Positions 49,012 through 62,850 of a stretch of 64,000 bases of DNA are shown here, piece by piece. A model generated the notes under the pieces. The model did no database searches. It saw nothing but the letters and a program-made list of their open reading frames with translations, and was not told the origin of the DNA. Made by a program: the position numbers and the translations under genes. Numbering within the stretch: the stretch's first letter is position 1; every line of letters begins with the position of its first letter. Origin of the DNA: Setoptus koraiensis (Eukaryota; Animalia; Arthropoda); contig CM106585.1 of NCBI GenBank assembly GCA_048013815.1, positions 8,990,001-9,054,000 on the forward strand, in the 5' to 3' direction.

Positions 49012-49890
49012 TCATAAACTACCCACTGCTCCCACTCCCGACGCTCCTTTGGCCGCCAAAGCTCCAATGGCCCCTGTCGCCTTTCCTGATTGTCGGTCGA
49101 ATTCGCCACTGGATTGACCAGCACCAACCTTGTCTTGGTTTATGAATCCCTCACGATCGCGGAAATCTTGATCAATGTTGACGTCTTTGATTGTTTCGTG
49201 ACCAAAACCTTTGGTGTCGGTTCGAATACTTTCGCGGTTGTGTCCGCTGACATCCTTGAAGGCACCGGTTGTGTGACTGGCACCAACGCCCGATTTATGA
49301 AAGGCTCCGTGTTCGCGTTCACCCTGAATGGTACCGACGGCGCCAGCTGCGGCCAACGATCCAACAGTGCCAGCACCCACGGCACCCGATGGTCGACGAC
49401 CGGGGAACTGGCCGGTCTGAGTGCCCGACAATCTGACTGGTCCCGGTCCACCGTGGAATGCCGACGATGATGATGAGTGGCTGCCGCCTGAACTGACCAC
49501 TAGGGGTCTGACGACGGGTCCGTGGCCACCGTGTCCGCCTAATCCGCCTTGATAGGCGCTGCCCGAGCCGGTGCCCAAGCCGGTGCCCAAGCCGGTGCCC
49601 AAGCCGGTGCCGTGCAATTTTCCGCTTGATATGAGCAATTCCTCTAATGAGAGCTCATCGAGTGTCGATGAGCCGCCATGGTGAGACAACGACGATGAGT
49701 AGCTGTGGCGTCTCACTTCTAATTCGCGCAACAATTCATAATCGCTGACATATCTCAATTGGCAATGGCTGTTGTAAGACGGGTGCTCCAAAGTGTGCCC
49801 AGTCGACTCATACACGTTACTGTGAGCCGCAACCAAAACTGCCAAGCTCAATGTCACCAAAGCCAAGCTCATTATCTTCATTGAGGCCAT
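49012..49890 (-). CDS. Secreted G/S/H-rich protein, paralog C (292 aa)
   Basis: Signal MASMKIMSLALVTLSLAVLVAA from ATG 49890, motif CQLRYVSDYELLRELEVRR, GTGL x3 repeat, and a C-domain near-identical to paralog A. Confidence 0.85.
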   Translation of the reverse strand: MASMKIMSLALVTLSLAVLVAAHSNVYESTGHTLEHPSYNSHCQLRYVSDYELLRELEVRRHSYSSSLSHHGGSSTLDELSLEELLISSGKLHGTGLGTGLGTGLGTGSGSAYQGGLGGHGGHGPVVRPLVVSSGGSHSSSSSAFHGGPGPVRLSGTQTGQFPGRRPSGAVGAGTVGSLAAAGAVGTIQGEREHGAFHKSGVGASHTTGAFKDVSGHNRESIRTDTKGFGHETIKDVNIDQDFRDREGFINQDKVGAGQSSGEFDRQSGKATGAIGALAAKGASGVGAVGSL

Positions 49891-50120
49891 TGCGTTGTCC
49901 TGATCTGAATTAAGTGCCCGCAAGTTGGTCAGTCACTAAAAACTCCTGAGTAGTTATCTAAATGGCTGGTTTGTGGCGGAGAAAAGATGGCATCAGGGCG
50001 TTAGATCAGTAATATTGTTATATATTGTTTATTGGCGTTAGATTGTATTGAAATTTCACTATTGTAATAGCCGGGATTACGCATGTAGTTTTTCAATGTT
50101 TTCAGCAACTCTCGCCTTAC

Positions 50121-50220
50121 CTGATAATCAACTGGTTGTTAGCTAAACTGATTGGTTAGTTCTGATTGGACAACTCAATTGGTACTGATGATTGTGTCCA
50201 AACCGGCGCTCCCTTATATA
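50121..50220 (-). promoter_or_regulatory. Core promoter and non-coding exon 1 of paralog C
   Basis: On the minus strand: TATATAA (50220-50214), TCAGT Inr (A at 50186), CAG|GTAAGG donor at 50120 and acceptor at 49900 (221-nt intron). Homologous to 27297-27395. Confidence 0.7.
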
Positions 50221-51794
50221 CAATTTTGAGCTTGCAGCGAGACAGTGAGCCATCGGAACGCGAATATCGCGGCTCGATGTGTATCAATTATCTAATTGCA
50301 GTCATGCGACAACAGCAACAATTGATTTGCAATAATGGCTTCGCTGTGGCCAACATCAATCAGTCGATATGCGCTATTAATTAGAAAAGTTAAACTAAAC
50401 ACGACGTTATGTCAGATTAATCTCTGCCGCTGTGTCAAGTGGCGGCTCGGCTCACAATTTAATTCATTAAGTATCAAGCTCAATTGATACTTATATTTGT
50501 CTGTGGCTGGATATTTCATGATTTGTAATGTTACGTGGTGTCGGCGCTCTCAGATGAAACTAGACCGAGAGCCGTCAAAATACAACGTTGCCATCATCAC
50601 GCATTATGCCACTAGACTGTCGCATCGGTCTAGACGGCCCTCGTGTCTAGTCTAAATGTAGCTGAAACAACAATGCCGAATGCTAGATGCTGACGAAAGG
50701 GTAATTTAGACGAGCCACAATGATCAAGTTAAATAATTAGAAAAAGACATGTCGCGAAAAGATATTCGCTGCGCGCCATAGCTCAACGATCGTTGCTGTT
50801 TCAGTGCGTTTTGCCTCTCATTTTTGAATTGCCCCCAGTTCCAATACTCACGATCAAACCAACTCTCACCTGGCATGGCAGCCCACGAGCCAGAGAGTTT
50901 CTAAGAGCTAGCGTCCAGCATCTAGACAGAGTCGAGCTCGTTCTTCAACTCTCTGGCAAGTTGTTGACAAGAACTTCTTGTCAAGACAGTTGTGACTCTT
51001 CAAAGTTATTCAAATTTTGCGCGTTCGCTAAGACAATGTAAGATTGTGACGCCAAGCAGACATTCAACACAAACAACTTATGTAATACTTGGCGCCTTGT
51101 TAGCCCTTAATTAGACACCACTTAACGTAGCCCGATTTTTACGCTACCAATCTTTTTGATGCAGTCTGTAAATTTGTCTGTTATTTGCAATGCAGGGTGT
51201 CACATTAACTGCGCCATCTAGTAGATGCCGTTCGAACTGCTACCGAAAAAAAAAAACTATCACCAGGTGGCGCTTCTTTCTCGGGTTTGACCACAGCGCG
51301 GCGCTGTTCCTAAGAACCATCCACTAGGGGGCGGTGTGGCGTTCATGGCAAATTCGTATGTGAATATGTGCATGTGTAAATATTTGTGTGAATATTTGTA
51401 ATTGGCGTAAAGTAGTGCCGTGGTTAAAAGTTGCCACAAACTCACAAGTCACTTGTGTCAGTTGTGGAGCTGGCACACGCGATGGCGCCACCTGCGCCTG
51501 ACTGGTGTCGATATCAGTTGGATTCATTGAGAGTGTGGTATATCTACTGTACTTATTCATATACCAGGTAGTTTGTTTTACTAAACTACTTGTACTGTAG
51601 TTGTTGTAGTTGTTGTAGCGTATATTTGAGCGAGTTTCGCCCCTATTTGGACGACTGAGCATGCGCACAAGGGGTGCACAATTAGTAGTATCATTATGAT
51701 GAACAATTCAACAAATTAACAACAGCAACAGCAACGGCAACAGCAACAACATTGGAGAACCGCTAGTAAAAAAGTCGTTTCTCGACAGTGTTAA

Positions 51795-53386
<1,592 letters not shown>

Positions 53387-54258
53387 CACAATGATTGATT
53401 GGTTGATCACACAACACAAACACTACACTCTATAAATGTGATAATGTTGCTTTGTTATAGGACTGCATTATAATATTTGGATATATATATATTTGAACAA
53501 GAATCGCCATTCGTCATATCGCGATATATGAATATAAAATTGGCATTGTGAATATGAGAATGAGTATGAATATGAATATGAATATGACATGATTGTCTTG
53601 AGCGAGCGATGCTTGTCGCTAATATAGGCCTGCCTGGCAAGCTACAATTTGCAGTTATTTGCATTTATCGTGTCAGACAAACAATTGTGGCACGAACAAT
53701 GGCATCGCAGCACAACAAGCAGCAGCAGCAACTTATCACCTGGTCTAACCTGATCTCACCTGATCTCAAACTGTCTCTCTATGGCTTGACACAGTCGACA
53801 TACAGCGTACACACACGTAACACGAATTGAAATGAACCAATTGAAATTGAAATCAAAAATGAAAATGAAATTGAAATTGAATTCGAAAATGGCCACTCTA
53901 ACGACGACAACGACGACCGATGAGCAAGGTCGGACACAATTATGTTATTATTACTATTACCATTATTATTATTATTATTATTAGTGTATTATTATTGTAT
54001 ATAGGTGTCGCGTTGGTGCCATCCTATTGCTCCTATATTGCCCATTTCAGAACCATTTATGATGATTCGATTGTATTCACTCAATATTGGATTTTATTTA
54101 TTGCATTTATTGGATAAACAGCAACTCTAACTCGAGTCTGTCAGGCTCGCTCGTTAGACCACCAACCGGCGCCAGCGCCGCCAGACACCGCAACAAGCAG
54201 CAGCAACAGCAACAGCAGCAGCAGGTTTACCTGTTGCAACTCACCTGTTTCAGTCGGC

Positions 54259-54321
54259 GCTCACCTGGTCGAACTAGGAGCTCACCTGGTCGAACTAGGA
54301 GCTCACCTGGTCGAACTTGGA
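54259..54321. repeat. 21-bp tandem repeat x3 (GCTCACCTGGTCGAACTAGGA)
   Basis: Direct reading. Confidence 0.9.
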
Positions 54322-54472
54322 GCTGAGCCGAGCCGAGCGACTGGCACATGCGTCAGACCGGTCTGACTGTGCAGCCGAGAGCAAGCATCTAATAAAGTGA
54401 GATGATCGAGTATATTCGTGATAATGAACAAGACACATTTGATAATTGTTAGCTCCATTTGTTTGCATATCT

Positions 54473-54585
54473 CTCTCTCCCTCTTTGCGTCTCTCTCCCT
54501 CTCTGCGTCTCTCTCCCTCTCTGCGTCTCTCTCCCTCTCTGCGTCTCTCTCCCTCTCTGCGTCTCTCTCCCTCTTTGCGTCTCTC
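54473..54585. repeat. 18-bp CT-rich tandem repeat x6 (CTCTCTCCCTCTCTGCGT)
   Basis: Direct reading. Confidence 0.9.
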
Positions 54586-57084
54586 CCCTTGTGCTCAGGC
54601 AATTTTGATATTGATCATCTCTGACAGCTTCATTTTGTGCCCAATCGCCAACGGTCGCCTTGTCAAATAATCTCATTATTCACTGCTTATATTTATTGTC
54701 TCGCTGTGTGCGAAAGCGTGAGCATTTTTGAGCCAACTTGTCCCACTCACGACACAGGTAAGAGACTCGATTGAGCAGTCTCTCGCTGTGACAAACAACG
54801 CGCCAGTCGCTGGATTAAGCGCGGTGTCTGTTGCTCAACATGACACTTACATTCCAAAGGTGTTTTGTGCACTTTTGGTGGTCACTCGACCACCTGAAGT
54901 GACATTCAATTCAATTGGGTCGTGACGTCTCTATTATCATCATCATCATTATTCCAAACAAAACTTTTTTCAAAACTCGCAAACTCTCTCACATTTGGCC
55001 TGCCTTCGACGCGACAATGTCACTTGTTGTGCTCGTTGGCAGCCACAATTCTGCACAATTCTGCACAATTCTGCACAGTTTGGCTTTGGCTTTGGCAAGT
55101 TTTACAAATGCATGCAAATGCCACTCGCCACTGGCCAATTTCGCCACCAATTGGCAGCGCCTCTGCTGGCGATTGCAGGCATCTCATCACCCTGGATCTA
55201 TTATTCACAGACCATCCATAGTGAATAGTGCACGTTTTGGCTGTCGCATTGTGTGCTATATGGGTTCATATGATATATTTATATGTGATATATGTCGTAT
55301 ATGTTGTATATGTTGTGCCATCTTTATGAGACTCGCAAATGCTATAAACTCACACGAAATTGTTTGTCACCTGTTCGTGCAACCACATAAGTGGCCAAGG
55401 CACAATGCGAGCGAATGTGCACGATCAATCATCGGATATTCAAACGCATATTCAAATGTTAAAACGCATTTGAACGCAGTTCGGTTGAATGTGAATATAT
55501 GCCGATTGGATATATTTACACCTGAACTGTGATTTGTGTTTGCGGTGGCGCTAGCGTCGCGATGCCGAACAGTTACCGCTCAATTCATTACGAGCCGCAT
55601 AATGAATTGCCCGAGAAATGCTTGCAGTTGCCTATGCAGGCAACACAATGTAATTATGAGCATTGTGTAACAAATATACAAATTACACAATGAATGTACG
55701 AATATGAATTGTTGCCGCGCTCAAAAAACAACTAAAACAACCGGCTCACCCGGTTGAGCGACTCGATTGCGCAACTAAAACAGTGATATATGATAGTTTA
55801 AAAAGTCATAATTTGATAATTTGCATGCCCATCAGTGCGTGTGTGCAATATGCGCTCGCTGTCAAACGTTGGAACGTTCGAATGCGTTGGGATGTTCGAA
55901 TTGTCGAGCGTTGGGATGTTCGAACGTTGGAGCGTTCGCATTCGAACGCTCGAATAAATAGAGACGTCGGTGCAGTTGCGCAACTTGTTGAGACTTAATT
56001 TGAATATGAGTTGCAACACGGCACAGGCGAGCACAACAGCGCTTGCGTCATTGTGGTCGCTAACGAGGCCACTGACCAGTGCGCCACAGACCACAAACGA
56101 GATCACCTGTGGTTTGCCCGCGAGCTCGGTTGTGTTTGCTGGAAACGCCGTTCGCTCGCAGTTCGACGGCAACTCCAAGAGACGAAACAAGAGACAAGAG
56201 AGACGAGACACACACGAGAGATGAGACCAGGGATTAGGTAATAGGCAATAAGTAATAATAATAATGCTAATAATACCGCTCGAGTGGCTGGCCCGACGAG
56301 CTGGCTCGCGAAGCCATAATGCTCGCTAACTCAATACAAGAATACTCTGTTAGCTACAACAGATTACGACTTATTTTATGCTCATGGCGGCAATTTGTTG
56401 CCACTCACCTGAGCGCTCACCTGAGCTCGTCTGGGCTGTTTGTCGGCCGCTGCTGACACTTGCTTATGGCGAGATGAGGCAAACATTTTAGCGAGCATAA
56501 CATTGTATTATCATTATTATTGTTGCCAGCGAGTGACTCATGACGAGACGAGATGAGACTCGGCGCAATTAACCGACGATTGTTGCTTGCACAAATAAGC
56601 CGCTGCAGCAGCCGACTTGCCGCAACTAACTTGCGACAGCAGGAAGTTTGTACAAATATAAATATAAAAATAAAAATAAATAAACGCACAAATATAAATG
56701 TATCGGCCGGCGAGCTTTGCTTGCGTGTGGTCTGTCAGTGTGGCTGTTGCGTCAGCTCATTATGTATTTATATTCATATTCATATTTATATTCATATTTG
56801 TGTGTTTGTATTTATATTTTGCGACGATTGGCTTATATGCGCAGGCAACATGTGCGAGTTTATTAGCATATTTTGTATTGTAAAAATGTTGTTGAACAGT
56901 TTAACAACATTTTAACATTTTTCAGCATTGCGCAATGTTTGTTATTGTTTGTTTGTTTGTTGGTTGGCTCTCTGCGGTTTGCTGTCACACTGCACTGGTG
57001 GCGCTCGTTGGCGCCACATAGTGGACGGCGCCAAAAGTGTCCACATCGTGCCTGATTGAGTTCTCGCCTTGATCAACGATCAAG

Positions 57085-57136
57085 TGACCAGCGATGAGCT
57101 GACCAGCGATGAGCTGACCAGCGATGAGCTGACCAG
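57085..57136. repeat. 15-bp tandem repeat x3 (TGACCAGCGATGAGC)
   Basis: Direct reading. Confidence 0.9.
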
Positions 57137-57330
57137 TTGCATTGTCGCTGCTGATGTGCCAATCAATTGTGCGTAATTTACTGTTAGTCGGGCCGGCCGA
57201 CAGTTGGCAATTTGCCGCTGGCTCGCTCATTGTGTCCGCTCACCGTTTGTTGTTGGTCAGTGGCACAACAACACATCGGATCGGTTCACTGGGCACAGCA
57301 GCGCGTGCGATCGTGCGTATTATTTCCACG

Positions 57331-57375
<45 letters not shown>

Positions 57376-57921
57376 GCACCAACAACAACGACAACAGCAC
57401 CAACAACAACAAATGCCGCCGCTGCCTATAAACAAATGACGACACCAATTGTTGTCCAGTCGCGTTCACATGGGATCAGTGGGCGCTTCACCTAATCGAG
57501 GCGCGCCAGTGCCAGTGTTCGAAGCAGTTCGAGGCAGTTCGAAGCTGCCGGCTCACAGCGGGCCAAATGGAGTTGGCAGCGAAATTGCGCATCGTTTATA
57601 AGTTGTTGCGAGCCACAACAACATGCAACTTACAAACAAATCACGCCAATGAGCGGCTCCATTATTGAGCGCCGATACAAACTATATTTAAATGGCCAGC
57701 AAATTCGCAATGCCTGCGGTAATAGCCGCAACAGCCGGCCTAACACCGGCCATAATGCCCATCCCGTGTGCGCTATGGGCTCTATAAAGCACGCGGAACA
57801 CGCACGCACGGGCCGCCACGGGCTCTATAATGGCGACCAGCACTTAGTGGCCCGTGCGGCCGGCCTCGGTCCGAGCTTCGAAGCGCCGGCTTTGAGCTCA
57901 CAATTGCGAACGTTGCAACTG

Positions 57922-57984
57922 CGAGCTCCGAAATGCGAACTTCGAGCTCCGAAATGCGAACTTCGAGCTCCGAAATGCGAACTT
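57922..57984. repeat. 21-bp tandem repeat x3 (CGAGCTCCGAAATGCGAACTT)
   Basis: Direct reading. Confidence 0.9.
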
Positions 57985-59006
57985 GGAATTGGCCGCTAGC
58001 GAACGATCGCCAGTTTCACCACAATTCGACCCAAAGCGACGAGTAATGATGCGTTCGTTTGTGCCTCGAACGGCTCAATTTCGCCGCGCTGGCTGGCGTG
58101 TTATTTGGTCGGACGGAAGCCGCTCGCTTGCGACTCGCATGCCCCGAACCAACTTGCCCGCTAACTAGCTTCTCGAGAGCCTATCAAGCGTCGGTCAGGC
58201 GGCGGCCAGTTTGCAGCACGTAAATGGTTTGGCGCCTATAATGGTGGCCTATTGTCGCAGCGCCCCCTATAACAGGGCCCTCTCGCGGCCGGCACGGGGC
58301 GCGCTGCGACACAGAGAGGCACAAAGAGGCGCAGAGAGACACGGAGCGACATAGGGAGACACAGAGAGACATGGAGCGACATAGGGACGCATGGGGAGAC
58401 ATAGAGGGCATGCCGGTGCGCTATGATTAGCGCCGGTGTGGTCGCCACTGAACTAGCGAATAATCACTACAAATAATAACATTTAAATTGTGTTCGTGGG
58501 GCTTATAACCTATAGGGCCTTGTGAGGCGTTGTGGGCGCCGAAACGAGGCCGCGATTTGTTGGCAAATATGCAAATAACATATCGTTCAGTTTTTCGTTG
58601 GCCGGCTCGCTGTCGGCTAGCCAATGGTAATGGCGATAATTGAATGGCGCTGCAACAAGAGCGGCCAGCGCGCAAACTGGGCGCCGCTGTCAAATGGCTC
58701 GATGGTGCCGGACAATATGATAATAATAAGATATGATTAGATTATCAGCAGCGAGGGGGGCGACAAAGATAATAGCAAAGATAAAGAGCGCCGCTCATTT
58801 GAATAGATTGAACGGATTGGCCGGGATTAGGTTAGATTAGATTAGCTGTCACTTGTGCCGTTATTTGTTTGTTTGTTGCATTATGACAGCAGCAGCGCCA
58901 CTGGTCAGCTGACTGGCCGGCTAAGTGCTGCTGTGCAACGTATAAATTAAACACTTGAGCCATTTGTGCCAGTGCCGCCGCCCAGCAGCACACGCGCTCT
59001 CGAACC

Positions 59007-59126
59007 GTTCGAGTCGAGCCGTTCGAGTCGAACGTGCGAACGCGAGCCTTCCCCCGTTCGAAGCCGCCCCCGTTCGACGCTTCCCCGTTCGACGCTTCCC
59101 CGTTCGACGCTTCCCCCGTTCGAAGC
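59007..59126. repeat. 14-16-bp degenerate repeat with core CCGTTCGANNC
   Basis: GTTCGA cores at 59007, 59021, 59056, 59072, 59087, 59102 and 59118. Confidence 0.85.
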
Positions 59127-62100
59127 CGCTCCTGTGCGAACCTTGTCGCGTTGAGACGTTCGAATAGTCGAATAGCATGTTCGCTGGTGTTTGCGGGCCG
59201 CCTGCCAATTGGTGGCACTGTGAAATTGGCAGCATGAATGGGCCAGAATAAACAAACCGCCGCCGCGGCCAGTATCAAATTGATTTTTATATCCAATCCG
59301 TTAGCAGCGCCATGAGACAAAGTATGATAACTGGCAATGTTATTGTTGGTTTGTTATTGGATTAGCCGGCCACCAGCAACCGATGGCGCTCGAATGGGAT
59401 CAACGCACGAGTGCCACTTATACTGTGCTGCTGTAAATTGGCATTCGTATAACCGTTGGATATTATTTCAATTGCATCCAATCCAATCAAATAATATCCA
59501 ACATCATGTCGATAATATCATCTATTTCCACTGCAATTGCCAGCGCGCTCTCGCAAAACATTTGCAAAACGTTGGATTGGATTACACGCAGCCACTGGGC
59601 TCGAAATTGGCGGCTCTATTGGCGGCCCCAATAGAGCCAACAATTTCGAGCGCGTGAGATATCCAGTCAAGTGTTTGATTGTTGTTGTTTGTTTGTTTGT
59701 TTGTCGTGTCGCTGTCATTTGTTCATTTGTTTGTTTCTTCATTTGCTGTCACAATGGTTCGGTGTCTCTGTTTGCGCGCAACTGTCAAACAACTTAACTC
59801 GACCAGCCACCTTTTTCACTTTCTCGCTGCCTTTCATGCGCCCATTATTTGATGCTGTCACCGATATGCCAACAATATCGCTCATCAATATCCAGATATA
59901 TCAATACATGGAGCGGTTGATTATTCGCCAAAACTGACGCTAAGTGCACGCTTAGCCCTAGTTAGATCGTTCATGAAACCTATGGTGGCGCCATTTGAGT
60001 TTATCCGTCTACAGTGCGACACTCAAACGGTTTGAGTCAAACAATTTGAGTGTCAGACCCATTCAATTATAGCCGGCTGTTGCAAATTATAGCCGCTTGT
60101 TGCAAATTGCTGGCACCCAATTCGGCGACGAAATATGCGACGAAATATGCGCCGAGCAAACAATGCCCGCCACAGCATGACGCAATTGCTGTAGACACAG
60201 TACAGTACAGCCAGTCGGTCAGCGAGAGCCACCAAGTGACAAAACGACGTCGTATCAATTTGGTCGCTCGAAGCTCGTCGCTCGAAGCTCGTCGCTCGAA
60301 GCTAGTGCGCGCAATCACGCGAATGAATATCAATTTATTTTTGTTAGTTTTGAGTAGAAAAATCCCATTTGTGTCACCGTCTCATTATGAGAATATTTAC
60401 TGTCCCATTGAATTGAGCGCAACTCATTTCGCGCTATTATGACAACTCATTTCGCGTGATTACGACAGCTCAGTTGGCGTGATTCTAGTCAGAGGGAGCG
60501 CCCCAAATTTACTATTCACATTAATTTTTTTTTAATTGAATGCATCGACGATGAGAAATGTTTTTGTGGCCTCGTCCTTTTTCGTACCCTTTTCTGCGTC
60601 CCGCGGCCTAGTTTACAATAGCGTATGGTTGTTGCAATTGTTGTGGTTGTCGGTTGGTTGCGTGGGTCAGGGTGCATGAACAAGCGCGAGTGGCGACTCT
60701 CAGCGAGCGCTCGCATTTTGATTGATGCCGATGATGAGGCCAAATTGGCCAATTGGCCCCAATTGGGCCCAATTGGCGCCACTCGGCAACTGCTCAAAAT
60801 CAATTATCATGTCGGCTGTGCACGTGTCAGTTGTTCCCACACACTACAGTGGCAACAGTGGCTGTGACAGCGGTTACATAACTGTTACTGTAACACTGTT
60901 GTGACTGTTGTTGTTGCGAGCGTCGTTGTTGCGAGTGTCGTTGTTGTGACTGTTGTTGTTGCGAGTGTCGTTGTTGTTGCAACAGCTCGCATGTTGTATC
61001 AATTGGAGCGAGCAACGGAAGCTCGCTCTATTTATTTAATTGTGCTGCTGGCTGTTTGCATGCGCTCGTTGTTTGCATGATTGTTGGTTTATTTGTTTGT
61101 TTGTTTCGTAAGTGGTCACGGATAATGCGATTGCATTAGCATTTATGCTCGCTTACTCCGTCACTCGATGGCAACAATCACTTGGCGTCACTTTTAGCTG
61201 TTGCATAATGCCCGCCGACCGCTGGCCAACAATTTGATTGAGCCAGCGTTTGACAGCGCCCCTTTTGATTGAGACAAAGAGTTACTTACAGTTAGTTTAT
61301 AGGGCGTTTGTTGCTTGCTGTTGTTACGCAATTACCGGTATGTAGTGGTTTGGCGGCCGGCGGCCGGCAGCCAGTTAATGCCAGTTTATAGGCAACTCGA
61401 GCAACTGACCGACGCCACATTGGACGTGATCATTGCCCATGTGCCCGTGCCAGTTAGTGCTGATATGGCCTATATATTACGCACTACACATTACGTAACA
61501 ATAATATACACGTATTACATGTGAGACAAGACAATGTATAATATAATAACATTACACGAGAGATTACATAAGAGTGACACACGGCAGTCATACGAGCGCT
61601 GTTTGGGGTTTGGTTAAGTGGCACACAGATAAAATGGCCAACTGAGGAGCCATTAAGTGAGCCATAACGACCGCTAACTGGCTGCATAAGTGGCCCCTGT
61701 GCATGCGGGCCCCGTGGGCGACATGGGTTAACATGATTTGATTTGCGACTATTATTTTGGCGCCATTTGATTGTGTTTGTGTGCGATCATTAAAACAATT
61801 CCGAGCGAAAATGCGCCAACTGCGCTGTGCCAATTTTGACCGTTACAATGTCGTTTGTTGTTGCTGTTGTTGTTGTTGTCGCTGTTGTCGTCGTTGTTGT
61901 CGTCGTTGTTGTCGCTGTCGTTGTTTGGCATGGATAGTGGACGGCAATCACGACAGCGCGCTGGCATAACAAATATCGGCGCGACAAATGGCATTAATGA
62001 CAGCCAACCAGTGAGTCATTGGACACAAAGAAGAATATGAATTGCTCACTTATTTGCTGCTGGCCGCGGATTATTTTATTTTATTTTGTTATTGGCACCA

Positions 62101-62704
62101 CGACACGGGCGACAACGCCGACGACTGGCGACAATGAGGCCATGAGAAGAACGAGAAGCGATGACAAAAGCCGCTGTGCGACAACGGGCCCAATAGGTAA
62201 GTGGGCAGCGGTTTTAATCGTGCGCGTTGTTGTCCATTGTTGATGTTGTTGCTGTCAGAGCGAGTCAATTGTTGTTGCCGGTGGCGCTGATTCAATCATT
62301 GGATCAATTTGAACGCCAACAACAACAATAATGGGCCTCTAACTACACGATAATACGCTCGCGAAAGCGGCCCTAAAGTACAAGCCAATAAAGCGCCATC
62401 AGAGCCCTTTTCATTTAAGCCATTTATTTTGACACCGATATTTTGATATCGGGCCGGCTCACAAGTTGTCAGTGCCGCCTGGCAGTTGATTATCGCGGGC
62501 CGGTACGATCGGCGGTGCCGGCCGGTATCGGTCACATCGGCCGGCGACACAATGGCAGCACCCGTTGGCCAGCAACAGGAGGTTGGCTCAATTAGCGCCG
62601 CCGGCCAGACGGGCCCGCGCGCATAATTGATTAACTGATTCGGTGGGCAGTGAGGCGCAAGCGCAACAATTGAGCAACGACAACTGCGCGCTTCCTGTTC
62701 GCCC

Positions 62705-62850
62705 GAGTGGCACAACAACAACCGAACAACGACAACAACCGAGCAACAACCAAACAACCGAACAACAACCGAGCAACCGAACAACAACCAAACAACCGAA
62801 CAACAACCGAACAACAACCAAACAACCGAACAACAACCGAACAACAACGG
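62705..62850. repeat. AACAACCGAAC-type degenerate tandem repeat
   Basis: Direct reading. Confidence 0.85.

Noticed and set aside
54259-57984. Regular 15-22 bp repeats as possible CRISPR-like arrays
   Set aside because: The units are directly tandem with no unique spacers, there are no cas genes, and the locus is eukaryotic.
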